Positions 45,278 to 54,667 of a DNA stretch of 64,000 nt are shown one piece after another. Made by a program: the position numbers and the translations under genes. Location: the NCBI RefSeq assembly GCF_053078305.1, contig NZ_CP166879.1; one strand, given 5' to 3'. Each line of letters starts with the position of its first letter. Position 1 is the stretch's first letter. The notes under the pieces are model-generated. The model was not told the DNA's origin. It did not search any database and saw nothing but the letters and a program-made list of their open reading frames with translations.

Positions 45278-47800
45278 TTATGCCGGTAACTCCGGAGGTA
45301 ATGCTTCTTCCAGTCGGTTAACCATATTGCCGAGATGGGATGCATCATATTCCATGACGGGGCGTTGCCTGATGATACTGACCACCAGTGGTTTGATTAA
45401 CATATTGGTCGCGGCCCGTTGTTGTATACCGGCGGCGAAAATGATCTCCAGAGCATTCTGATCGATAACACGGGCCAGATTCTCGTTCAGATTTTCAATC
45501 TCATGTCCGGTCAGCAGGAAACTGCCGGCAAGCCATGTCACCTGCTCCTGAATCATTGCCAGAATTTTGACGCGATCTTCTTCAACCAGCGCTCCGGCAA
45601 TTTTTCCTGATACAGCGGAGGCAATCATTCCCCCCAGAACACCGCCAACCACACGCCCTGTCAGTGCACCAAATGGTCCCAGTGGACTGAACAGTATCCC
45701 GCCCGCCACTGACCCGACAGCTCCACCTGCAACACCGGAAGATGCCACGGCAAGATTCCTGATGAACTGCGTACCGGAGATCCGTCCCCGCAACATTTTG
45801 ATCATGTCAGGGCCGGTTGTGACAGCTACCAGTGCCAGAGATGTCACCAGCGTACCCTTCATCACTTTGTTCAGGGCACTGATATTTCCTGCACCGGTCC
45901 CCTTCTGAAGAGCCAGTCGGACAGTCGGGCTGGCAGTCGAAAAATCAATGTGCTTCAGCATACCCTGAACAACACTGAGCCGGTGGAGTTGCTGGGTTGT
46001 GACGTAGACAGCCAGTGTGCGGGTGAAGGTTTTTCCTGCCTGGACAGCAGCTGTCTGCAGGGCAGCATCGCGATCGCCGGTGCTGAGCCAGAAGACCGAT
46101 GCCGTCAGGGCAAAACTGATCCCTCCGGCCGCCAGACTGACAACCGAACCCTCGGCAATATCATAAGTGACCGATTCGATGGTCCCGAACCGGGTGATAT
46201 TACGGGCCTGAGTATAAGTCAGATGTCCCCGACGAATCAGCCGGGACGCTTCTGCGGGATCGGTTACACCGGGTACTTTACCTTCGCGGATCTTATTCCT
46301 CATGGTTTCAACAGCGCCGGCATACTGATCACGGGGGACTTCCAGTTGCATGGGGCCATTATTTCCCATGTAACGATACTGTCCGTTTTGTCCGTCGAAT
46401 GCCGCACCGACGCTACGGGCTGCAGTTGAACAATATTTCGTCTGGATTTCTGTTCCGCTGACCAGTCTGTCTGCTCCATTTCTGGCATTATTATCACCGA
46501 GGATCCGTGCGTTTTTCAGACGGACTCTGTCGACAATATGGTTTCCCCGTTCAGCGGCAAACCCATGTCCCTGCCCTCCGGAAGCAAACATTTTCTCATT
46601 TGTACTCCAGGTTTCCGGCAGTTTCATGAGAATCAGACCATTCGCCGTTGCATCGGAAATAAAACCGGTGTAAGAACGTTCATAAATGTCCTGACACAGT
46701 GTTTCTGTTTCGCGACAAAGAGAGGAGCAGTACCATTCCGGATCCGGCTTATGATTTTCCGGGGCATGATGTACTTCTGTCAGCCCGCAGGAGGCACAGA
46801 TACGAAGCTCATCCACGTGATGGAATGATAAAAAACGGCGACCTTCTGAAAAGGGATACCAGTCACCGCCGTCCAGGCAACGATCGAGAAAATCGTCATT
46901 CGCTTCCGGTGATAAATTCAGGCGGTTCCGGAAGAGCGTTTTCAGTTCATCAGGTGTGAATGACAGGTTCTCTTTCAACTGTTCGTTAAACCCTGCCATG
47001 TTTCTTTCATACCAGGCATTGTTCAGTAACCAGTTTCCGTCTGCCAGTTCAAATTCCCTCAGCTCTCCCCGGGAAATCCGTTGAGAAATGAGCGTCAGCC
47101 AGATGCGCTCCGTCAGTGAGTCAGGAAGGCTGTAATCGTTTTGCAAACTGGTCAGCCACGATTTACTGTTGAGCACCGGTTGTTCTTCCAGTGTCTGGCT
47201 GATGGCACAGGTCAGTTTTTTCAGCGCCTGGATCTGGCTGGCCGCCCATAGCAGCGTCACTAATGCAGCCAGCCAGTACAACAACCCGCCCCACCACATC
47301 AGTGACGGTGAAATATCGTACTGTAACGCGATCAATGGTGCGCATGCAGAACACGCCATAAGGAAAAAGGCAGTATAAAAACAGCAGTAATACCCGTTAA
47401 TTTCCTTGCTGATATCTTCTGGTGTGATCCCGTTCTGCTGAATGTTTTTGATCTGCAGGGGAACAGCCAGCAGACCACCGGCGAGAGCAGTGGTCAGAAT
47501 AAATTTCACAGAGTCAAAGGTGTGAGCCTCCAGCGCGATATGTTTACCATCAAGTCCCCACATGAAGCTGATGATCATTCCGGCAATCGTCAGAAATACG
47601 CCTGCCAGCCAGCGAATATGGAACAACCGGGTTATGCGTTCGGTGATATAGCCAGCCAGTAAGGCCGGGCCGAACAGACACAGCAATATGAGCCCTGCCA
47701 GCGCAGAAGCCGTGCTGATTAATGCTCTGAACAAAAGGCGAAGAATGGCAAATCCTGCGATCAGCAGGATCAGCGCGCCGACTATCTGTAACATAGTCAC
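45278..47800 (-). CDS. YeeR-like inner membrane protein (840 aa) with N-terminal TM bundle, central Cys4 zinc-ribbon-like motif and C-terminal Gly-zipper segment
   Basis: about 6 N-terminal hydrophobic helices; CASCGL...(18)...CSSLC; Gly-rich GVAGGAVGSVAGGILF...GGVLGGMIASAVSG; position immediately downstream of Ag43 as for yeeR. Confidence 0.55.
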   Translation of the reverse strand: MTMLQIVGALILLIAGFAILRLLFRALISTASALAGLILLCLFGPALLAGYITERITRLFHIRWLAGVFLTIAGMIISFMWGLDGKHIALEAHTFDSVKFILTTALAGGLLAVPLQIKNIQQNGITPEDISKEINGYYCCFYTAFFLMACSACAPLIALQYDISPSLMWWGGLLYWLAALVTLLWAASQIQALKKLTCAISQTLEEQPVLNSKSWLTSLQNDYSLPDSLTERIWLTLISQRISRGELREFELADGNWLLNNAWYERNMAGFNEQLKENLSFTPDELKTLFRNRLNLSPEANDDFLDRCLDGGDWYPFSEGRRFLSFHHVDELRICASCGLTEVHHAPENHKPDPEWYCSSLCRETETLCQDIYERSYTGFISDATANGLILMKLPETWSTNEKMFASGGQGHGFAAERGNHIVDRVRLKNARILGDNNARNGADRLVSGTEIQTKYCSTAARSVGAAFDGQNGQYRYMGNNGPMQLEVPRDQYAGAVETMRNKIREGKVPGVTDPAEASRLIRRGHLTYTQARNITRFGTIESVTYDIAEGSVVSLAAGGISFALTASVFWLSTGDRDAALQTAAVQAGKTFTRTLAVYVTTQQLHRLSVVQGMLKHIDFSTASPTVRLALQKGTGAGNISALNKVMKGTLVTSLALVAVTTGPDMIKMLRGRISGTQFIRNLAVASSGVAGGAVGSVAGGILFSPLGPFGALTGRVVGGVLGGMIASAVSGKIAGALVEEDRVKILAMIQEQVTWLAGSFLLTGHEIENLNENLARVIDQNALEIIFAAGIQQRAATNMLIKPLVVSIIRQRPVMEYDASHLGNMVNRLEEALPPELPA

Positions 47801-47914
47801 TCCGTGATGAATATCATGTTATTGTTAATGCCAGCGAATGTGGCGTTGAAGATCCGTTGCGCCGGTCCGGGTCCCGGTCATGATGACCGGGACCACAGAG
47901 AGGCGATGGTTCTG

Positions 47915-50900
47915 TCAGAAGGTCACATTCAGTGTGGCCTGACCGTTATACCCTTCAGCGCTGCTGCCGCTGACGCTGTGGGCATAACCGGCCTGAACGC
48001 CCAGGGTGATATTTTCCCGGACACGGGCTTCCAGTCCGGCCTGCAGGTCCAGTGACGTGCCATTCCGGGACGGTGAGAACGTCATGTTACTGCCGGCTGC
48101 AGCTGTACCCATGCTCATGTCCCCCCGGGAGCTGAAGGTGCGGATAACAGAAGGTTGTACCCACCAGTTCACAGGCAGTTCACTCACACCGTGTTTTGTA
48201 CTGTCGCGCAGGGTGTCACGGGATGAGGTGCCTTCACCAAAGGTCATATCGTTGTGGCTGCCCAGACGGAAACCGGCACGCACATGTTGTGCACTGCCAT
48301 ACCCGAACTTCACATAACCGGCGTTATCCTGGCCGTCATCCAGGGAGAGTCCCTGCCAGGTGTACTGCAGTTGCGGCTCCAGCATCAGATTGTCAGTGAT
48401 ACTGAAGGGCAGACCGGTTTCCAGCGAACCCAGCCAGCCCCACCCCCGGGCGCGGAAGTCGTTATTGTCCGTTGACGCTTTCATGCTGTGGCGGGTTCCC
48501 AGGGCCACAATGTCAGCCCACAGGCCGGAGGATGTATGTGTCAGATTCAGGTATCCGCCAAGGCTGCCGGCATCATCCCGGACCGTGCCGGCACGGGAGG
48601 CGTCATCATCCTTAACATCAACGGAAGAATGGCCTGCAGCACCATATATCCCTGCGGTCACAGACATACCGGCAACCTCTGTTCTCAGCAGGTCACCCTC
48701 CAGGCGGACGAAGCCATAGCTGCCGCTGCTTTCCGGCGTGGCCCCACGGGCAATACCGCCGTTGTTATCGTGACCGAGATGGCCGCCCTGAATGCTGAGA
48801 CGGACGCTGTTATTTTCACCGTTTACACCGGTCTGATGGCTGCGTGAGCCTGCCAGAATCCGGTCATAGTCCATTGCCTGTGTCAGCATGGAGGCATACA
48901 GGGGGACTTCTGCACGATAAGCATTTTCACTGCGCAGATACCAGCTCTCATCACTGTCCCGGTTGAGGGAGTAGTTAAAGGCACCGGCCTGCAGCCTGTT
49001 CCCCTGGACAAAGGCCCCTTCCTCCGTGGTGGCACCGTTAATGGCTTCCACCACCTGAATACCCTTACCGCTGGTCGCCAGCCCCGACGCACTGTTGCCA
49101 GCGTTCACCAGGTTCAGGATGGTTTTTCCGGTTGCCCTGCCACCGTCAATGACCAGTCTGTCAGCATTGTTCTGTGCCATATCCGGGCGTACACGCAGGC
49201 TGATGGTGCCATTCTGTCCGTTCAGGTTTTTCACTTTCAGGGTTGCCGGTACGAACTTCCCTGTGCGGGTGGAGGTGAAATGAATCTGTCCGGCATGGCT
49301 GAGGTCATCCACCACCGACTGCACCGTGGCGTTATCGGGGATATTCCAGGTGGCACCGGAGGCGAGAGTGACATTCGTGGGGTCAATGGCACCGTTCAGC
49401 ACAGTGCTGCCGGTCAGCTTCAGGGCTGTACCGCGCTGAGCAATGACATCCGTGGTGACGGTACTGTCGTTCAGCGTCAGCGTGCCTTCATTCAGGTTGA
49501 CGGCTTTCTGGGTGAGTGTGGTGTTGCTGACAGTGAGTGTGCCACTTCCTGATTTTTCCACGCTGCCGTTACCGGTGAGAGAGCCTCCCTGCAGGAGTGC
49601 ATCGCCTTCACGGATGGTCAGGGTATCGTTGTTCACCGTCTTCCCGGAAAGGGTAAGTATGGCGCCGTTATTCAGCGTGGTGGTGCCCGCCAGTGTGCCG
49701 CCCCTGGCGGTGAACAGTCCGCCATTTACCGTGGTATCCGTGGCCGTATCACCGGCGTTCAGCGTGAATGAACTGCCTTTTTCCAGCATCAGGGCATCCG
49801 CCTGACCGCCTCCGATACTGAATGCCTTTCCGTCGCTCCGTGTACCACTGACAGCGGCACCGGAATCGGCCAGCAGTACACCGCCATTCCCCATGGATAC
49901 GGTGGTGGCGGCACCACCGTTGCGGACATCCAGCGTTCCGCCATCATCCACACGGGTATTAGTGGCTGTGTGTCCGCTCAGCACATCCAGACGTCCGCCA
50001 TTTTCCAGTACGACATTATCAGCTTTACCCTCCACAACAGAGAATGCTCCCTGGCGGTTTATGCCGGTAACGGTTGCAGCCGTACTGGTAACCAGTGCGC
50101 CGCCCTGCTTCAGGGTGACATTCGTGGCTGTACCACCGGCGTTCACCTGCAGTTTGCCTTTCTGGTTAACGGTGGTGAAATCCGCCAGACCACCTTCCTT
50201 GACAATCTGCCAGCCGTCACTGTTTACAACCGTGTCAGAGGCTGTGCCTCCGTTGTGCACATACTGGTAACCGCCATTCAGTGTGGTATCCAGCGCATGC
50301 CCGTGTACCGTCTGGTCGCCGCCGGCATAAACCACAGTGGTATTTGCTGTTCCTTCAGCAGCCACAATCTGACGACCATTTTTATTGATAGTGGTACGTA
50401 CGGCATTTCCGCGAACAAACTGCCCGGTATCACCATTTTCTGCATCTGGTCCCCCTTCCGCGCCGGTATTCACAACCGTGTCGGTTGCCATTGCGCCGGA
50501 TTTGACGGCCTGCCAGCCCTTCTCATTAATGACGGTACCCGTTGCAATCCCGCCTTCATGTACCCACTGCTCACCGCCGTTCAGAGTGGTGTTCACTGCC
50601 TGCCCCTGAAGGCTCTGTCCGCCTCCGGCACTGATAACCGTGTCTGAAACACTTCCGCCGGGATTCACTCTCTGAAGACCACCACTGGTGACAGTCGTTT
50701 TGTTGGCTGTACCGCCATCCTGTACCCATTGACCGCCGGTATTGGCCTCATTGTCCGGCCCGTACTCCAGCCCGGTACTGATGGTCATTCCGTTGGTCAT
50801 ACCGAAGACAATCTGGTTGTCATGATTTGTCAGTGTTCCGCCGCTCACGGTTTCTCCCGCCTGTACAACCGTGTCAGCAGCCAGTGCCGGGACTGATGTG

Positions 50901-51034
50901 ACAGCAGCAAGAGACAGCGCAACCGCCACTCCGGCGCGTTTTCCCCGTGAGCGGGCCAGTTCGGAGGCCACCACCAGGGTGCCCGTAATGTGATTCCATA
51001 CCAGCCTGTAGCTGGTGTTCAGATGTCGTTTCAT
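47915..51034 (-). CDS. flu: Antigen 43 (Flu) self-associating autotransporter adhesin
   Basis: ORF 47915..51190; 1039 aa from MKRHLNTSYRLVWNHITGTLVVASELA extended signal peptide, passenger beta-helix repeats, C-terminal beta-barrel ending in aromatic residue. Confidence 0.9.
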   Translation of the reverse strand: MKRHLNTSYRLVWNHITGTLVVASELARSRGKRAGVAVALSLAAVTSVPALAADTVVQAGETVSGGTLTNHDNQIVFGMTNGMTISTGLEYGPDNEANTGGQWVQDGGTANKTTVTSGGLQRVNPGGSVSDTVISAGGGQSLQGQAVNTTLNGGEQWVHEGGIATGTVINEKGWQAVKSGAMATDTVVNTGAEGGPDAENGDTGQFVRGNAVRTTINKNGRQIVAAEGTANTTVVYAGGDQTVHGHALDTTLNGGYQYVHNGGTASDTVVNSDGWQIVKEGGLADFTTVNQKGKLQVNAGGTATNVTLKQGGALVTSTAATVTGINRQGAFSVVEGKADNVVLENGGRLDVLSGHTATNTRVDDGGTLDVRNGGAATTVSMGNGGVLLADSGAAVSGTRSDGKAFSIGGGQADALMLEKGSSFTLNAGDTATDTTVNGGLFTARGGTLAGTTTLNNGAILTLSGKTVNNDTLTIREGDALLQGGSLTGNGSVEKSGSGTLTVSNTTLTQKAVNLNEGTLTLNDSTVTTDVIAQRGTALKLTGSTVLNGAIDPTNVTLASGATWNIPDNATVQSVVDDLSHAGQIHFTSTRTGKFVPATLKVKNLNGQNGTISLRVRPDMAQNNADRLVIDGGRATGKTILNLVNAGNSASGLATSGKGIQVVEAINGATTEEGAFVQGNRLQAGAFNYSLNRDSDESWYLRSENAYRAEVPLYASMLTQAMDYDRILAGSRSHQTGVNGENNSVRLSIQGGHLGHDNNGGIARGATPESSGSYGFVRLEGDLLRTEVAGMSVTAGIYGAAGHSSVDVKDDDASRAGTVRDDAGSLGGYLNLTHTSSGLWADIVALGTRHSMKASTDNNDFRARGWGWLGSLETGLPFSITDNLMLEPQLQYTWQGLSLDDGQDNAGYVKFGYGSAQHVRAGFRLGSHNDMTFGEGTSSRDTLRDSTKHGVSELPVNWWVQPSVIRTFSSRGDMSMGTAAAGSNMTFSPSRNGTSLDLQAGLEARVRENITLGVQAGYAHSVSGSSAEGYNGQATLNVTF

Positions 51035-51214
51035 CAGCTTTTCCTTAGATTGAGGGTGAATAAAAAAGCCGGTACCCACAAACGTGGATACCGGCAGGTA
51101 AAGGGTTACAGTGCCGGAGGTCCGGCTGTGGGAGTTTCTGAATTGTGGTTCTGTTGTTCCCTGAATGTCTTTCTGTACGTATCTGTGCATGTTACTGACA
51201 AAGGTTATTATTAG

Positions 51215-51260
51215 CTTATCGATCGATATAAACGATCGATAAAATAGGTATCGATCGTTT
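51215..51260. promoter_or_regulatory. agn43 phase-variation switch: three Dam GATC sites within the OxyR operator
   Basis: GATC at 51221, 51234 and 51253 in the sequence tcgatcgatataaacgatcgataaaataggtatcgatcg, ~180-225 bp upstream of flu start. Confidence 0.75.
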
Positions 51261-51361
51261 TATTCTATTGTTTGGCTATTGCACGGACAAGAGAGACAGT
51301 AACGAAAACAGCGCTTTTGTGAGCAGACTCAGAGTCAGGGAGGGCATCAGTCACGACAGGT

Positions 51362-52234
51362 TCAGAAGAAAATCCAGTTCCATACCGCACGGGCAACAGA
51401 GACCACCGTGTTACGAACAGCGCGCAGGGCCGTACGGACAACAGAGGCAACACAGACGCTCTCCGCTGTGTCAAATATCCGGTCCACCGCACCGGTAAAC
51501 TGTTCACGGGCCTGAGACCGGACAGATTCCGTGCGCAGCTCGTCCTGCAGTCGGGTCATCAGGGGACTGGCGGCATGGTCGGGAAGCGCTGTCATGAGCG
51601 CACTGACCAGCGTATCCAGTTCCCAGCCGGTGCGGGCCGATACGGCCACAACCGGATGTACGGGCCGGAACAGACGGAATACCGCCTCCGTTTTTTCGCG
51701 AATATTCTGTGCCTGTGCAGGAGAAGGCTGAATACCGGCCATATCCCATTCATGGCAGGGCTCCGTTTTGTCGGCCTGCGTCACCACAAACAGCACCTGC
51801 TGATGTCCGCACTGCAGGATGTGTCGCCAGAAATACTCATCCACAGACAGGGCACGGTCATCGGCTTTAATCAGCCACAGTACCAGGTCAAGTTCAGGCA
51901 GAATGTCACGGTACAGGGCTTCATACTCAGCATCCCTGTCCCGGCTCTCGCCCACCCCGGGCAGGTCAGTGATAACCATGCTGTGACCATGGCCACTCAG
52001 ACGGAAGCGCTGCACTTCCCGGGTGCCAGCGTGAACATCACTGACCGGGGTGACCTCCCCCTGAAACAGTGCATTACAGAGTGAGGATTTACCGGCCCCG
52101 CTTTTACCCATAATGCCAATCACGGGTTCGTGGCTGGTGAGTTTGCGCAGATGTTCCAGGATGTGACGGGAAAGTGAATAAGGCAGGGAGGAGAGTGGTT
52201 TTTCAATTGCCTCAATGGCATCAGACGGATTCAT
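51362..52234 (-). CDS. yeeP: YeeP/YkfA-like island GTPase
   Basis: ORF 51362..52297; Walker A GKSGAGKSS, G3 DLPG, NKxD-like TQADK; start assigned to MNPSDAIE. Confidence 0.8.
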   Translation of the reverse strand: MNPSDAIEAIEKPLSSLPYSLSRHILEHLRKLTSHEPVIGIMGKSGAGKSSLCNALFQGEVTPVSDVHAGTREVQRFRLSGHGHSMVITDLPGVGESRDRDAEYEALYRDILPELDLVLWLIKADDRALSVDEYFWRHILQCGHQQVLFVVTQADKTEPCHEWDMAGIQPSPAQAQNIREKTEAVFRLFRPVHPVVAVSARTGWELDTLVSALMTALPDHAASPLMTRLQDELRTESVRSQAREQFTGAVDRIFDTAESVCVASVVRTALRAVRNTVVSVARAVWNWIFF

Positions 52235-52543
52235 ACATGTATTCCCGGTGAAAAAAAGACAAAACCCCGCGCACCGGAAAGGTGGCGGGGGACTCACGGA
52301 GATAATATATGTCTGAAATTATTTTGATTGTATGGTGTCATGAGATAGCTGAAACCGAGCTATGGATATGCAAATAATAACCTACAGTTTCCGGTTTGAG
52401 GATCGATGAAATCGTTGATTAATGTTAATATACCGCCAATTTTTCAGCGTTCTGATTCTTTCAGTGAATCAACGTATTGGGCTTCCCTGATAGCTGAACG
52501 CTTTAACTTACAATGCTCAGAATTGATAAGAAAAAAGGAATAT

Positions 52544-54667
52544 ATGTCCAGGCTGACTGATTTAATAGCTAAAGCGAAGGCCAAAGACCCACAGTTGGGC
52601 GCTGACCTGGATCGAGAAATCAAGATCCTATCATCACGACTTCCCTTTGGTCTTAATTTCGAACGACATAGCCCTGAAGTTGTCGAGTTGCCATTGCGGC
52701 CTATTCGAAAGGGAGACAAGGTTCGCGTTCTGCCGGAGCGTGGCTCCCCTAAGAAAGGCGATCAGCGGCTATGGCAGGTGAAAGCCATCAACAAGGCGAA
52801 AAAAAACGCTGATATCGAATTGCTGGATACAGTTGTTGTCGAGACTCAGACTGTAGCGCTGAACGATCTTGTCGTTATAGCTGAATTTCGTGACACCATC
52901 TGGCCAGGTCTGGTCAGTACGGGAAAAGTACAGCGCGGTGGTGATAAGCCTTTTCACTCGGTCATTAATGGCGAAAACTATCATGTGCTGAAAGCATTGA
53001 CCTACACGCATAGAGGCAAGGTGGATGCCATTTATATCGATCCTCCGTATAACTCGGGAGCTAAAGACTGGAAATACAATAACGATTACGTTGAGAAGGA
53101 CGATTTATATCGCCACAGTAAATGGTTGGCCTTTATGGAACGCCGCTTGTTGGTAGCTAAAGAGTTACTAAATCCTGCCGACTCAGTTCTCATCATCGCT
53201 ATTGATGAGAAAGAATATTTACGACTTGGGCTATTACTCGAACAAGTGTTCCCAGAGGCCAGTATTGAGATGGTAACGTCTGTGGTAAATCCCCGTGGTC
53301 GTCATCGCCCTGGAAGGTTTGCCCGGTCGGACGAATATGTCTTTTTTGTTCTGTTTGGAAAAGCAACAGTTGGACAAGAGTTAGATCCAGACTTTGCCGG
53401 AGGCAGCCAAGTCCCATGGAGGACCCTGAGACGAAGTGACGCTGCGTCGGCACGAGGTAAGCCAAAAGGCGGTACGGCTCAATTTTATCCGATCTACGTA
53501 AACAGCAATGGAGAAATTGAAGAAATAGGTACACCACTACCGCATGGAATTCCACGTAATACAGTCCAAGAGCGTGAAAATTGTGTTGCAGTATTTCCAA
53601 TACGCGACTCAGGACTTGAAATGAACTGGGGATTAACCTCTTCAGCTCTTAAGGCAATCCACGCTAAAGGCTATGTACGCGTTGGTCGCAGCACGCCTAA
53701 TAAGCCACAAAAATGGGAAATATCATATCTGACATCTGGCAAAATAGATGATATAGAGAGCGGGCGTGCAACTATTGTTGGGCATAATTCTGATGGAAGT
53801 GTTAAAGCGGAATACATTGCGGATAAGTTGAAAACGCCAACCTCAACGTGGATGAGAATCTCTCACAATGCAGAAACAGGTGGAACAAATCTGCTGAAAG
53901 CTCTGTTGCCTGATCGCCGATTTCCTTTCCCAAAATCACTGTATGCAGTTGAAGATGCACTCCGTTTTTTTATTTCAGCAAAAAAAAATGCTGTAGTAGT
54001 AGATTTCTTCAGTGGCTCAGGAACAACCGCCCATGCAGTCATGCGTCTGAACAAACAGGATGGTGGTCGCCGCCAGTGCATCTCCATCACGAACAATGAA
54101 GTCGCTGCCAGCGAACAAAAACAGTTGCGTGAACAGGGGTTACGCCCCGGAGATCCCGAATGGGAAAAATGGGGGATCTGTGATTACATCACAAAGCCGC
54201 GTGTACAGGCAGCTATAACAGGCAAGACACCTGAAGGAGAACCGATTGATGGCGACTATAAGTTTATCGACGAGTTCCCAATGTCTAAAGGCTTTGAGGA
54301 AAACGCTGAATTCTTTACCCTGACTTACGAAGCTGAAAAATCGGTTAGCCATAACCTTGCCTATGCGCGCATTGCGCCGTTACTGTGGTTACGTGCGGGT
54401 GCTCGTGGCAAATGTATTGACAGACTGCCTGCTGAAGGATGGGCGGTGGCTGATACTTATGGCCTGCTATCGGCTGTGGATCAGGCCACGCCTTTCATTG
54501 AAGCCATTAGCCATGCCAGTGACGTACGGGTGGCCTTTATCGTCACTGACGATGACCGCCACTTTCAAGCTGTCACGAGGCGTCTGCCAAAAGGTGTTGA
54601 ACCGGTACGTTTGTACGAATCGTATCTGACCAATTTCAGCTTTACCAATGGGGAATGGACAGAATGA
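52544..54667 (+). CDS. mod: Type III restriction-modification Mod subunit (beta-class N6-adenine DNA methyltransferase)
   Basis: ORF 52406..54667; AGGA RBS before ATG at 52544; motif IV DPPYN precedes motif I FFSGSGTT (beta order); flanking blocks resemble EcoP15I-type Mod as recalled from memory. Confidence 0.8.
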   Translation: MSRLTDLIAKAKAKDPQLGADLDREIKILSSRLPFGLNFERHSPEVVELPLRPIRKGDKVRVLPERGSPKKGDQRLWQVKAINKAKKNADIELLDTVVVETQTVALNDLVVIAEFRDTIWPGLVSTGKVQRGGDKPFHSVINGENYHVLKALTYTHRGKVDAIYIDPPYNSGAKDWKYNNDYVEKDDLYRHSKWLAFMERRLLVAKELLNPADSVLIIAIDEKEYLRLGLLLEQVFPEASIEMVTSVVNPRGRHRPGRFARSDEYVFFVLFGKATVGQELDPDFAGGSQVPWRTLRRSDAASARGKPKGGTAQFYPIYVNSNGEIEEIGTPLPHGIPRNTVQERENCVAVFPIRDSGLEMNWGLTSSALKAIHAKGYVRVGRSTPNKPQKWEISYLTSGKIDDIESGRATIVGHNSDGSVKAEYIADKLKTPTSTWMRISHNAETGGTNLLKALLPDRRFPFPKSLYAVEDALRFFISAKKNAVVVDFFSGSGTTAHAVMRLNKQDGGRRQCISITNNEVAASEQKQLREQGLRPGDPEWEKWGICDYITKPRVQAAITGKTPEGEPIDGDYKFIDEFPMSKGFEENAEFFTLTYEAEKSVSHNLAYARIAPLLWLRAGARGKCIDRLPAEGWAVADTYGLLSAVDQATPFIEAISHASDVRVAFIVTDDDRHFQAVTRRLPKGVEPVRLYESYLTNFSFTNGEWTE

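Noticed and set aside
48006-50647. Numerous plus-strand ORFs within flu (for example 49970..50647, 225 aa)
   Set aside because: Antisense to the Ag43 gene; products are Pro/Ser/Cys-rich low-complexity.
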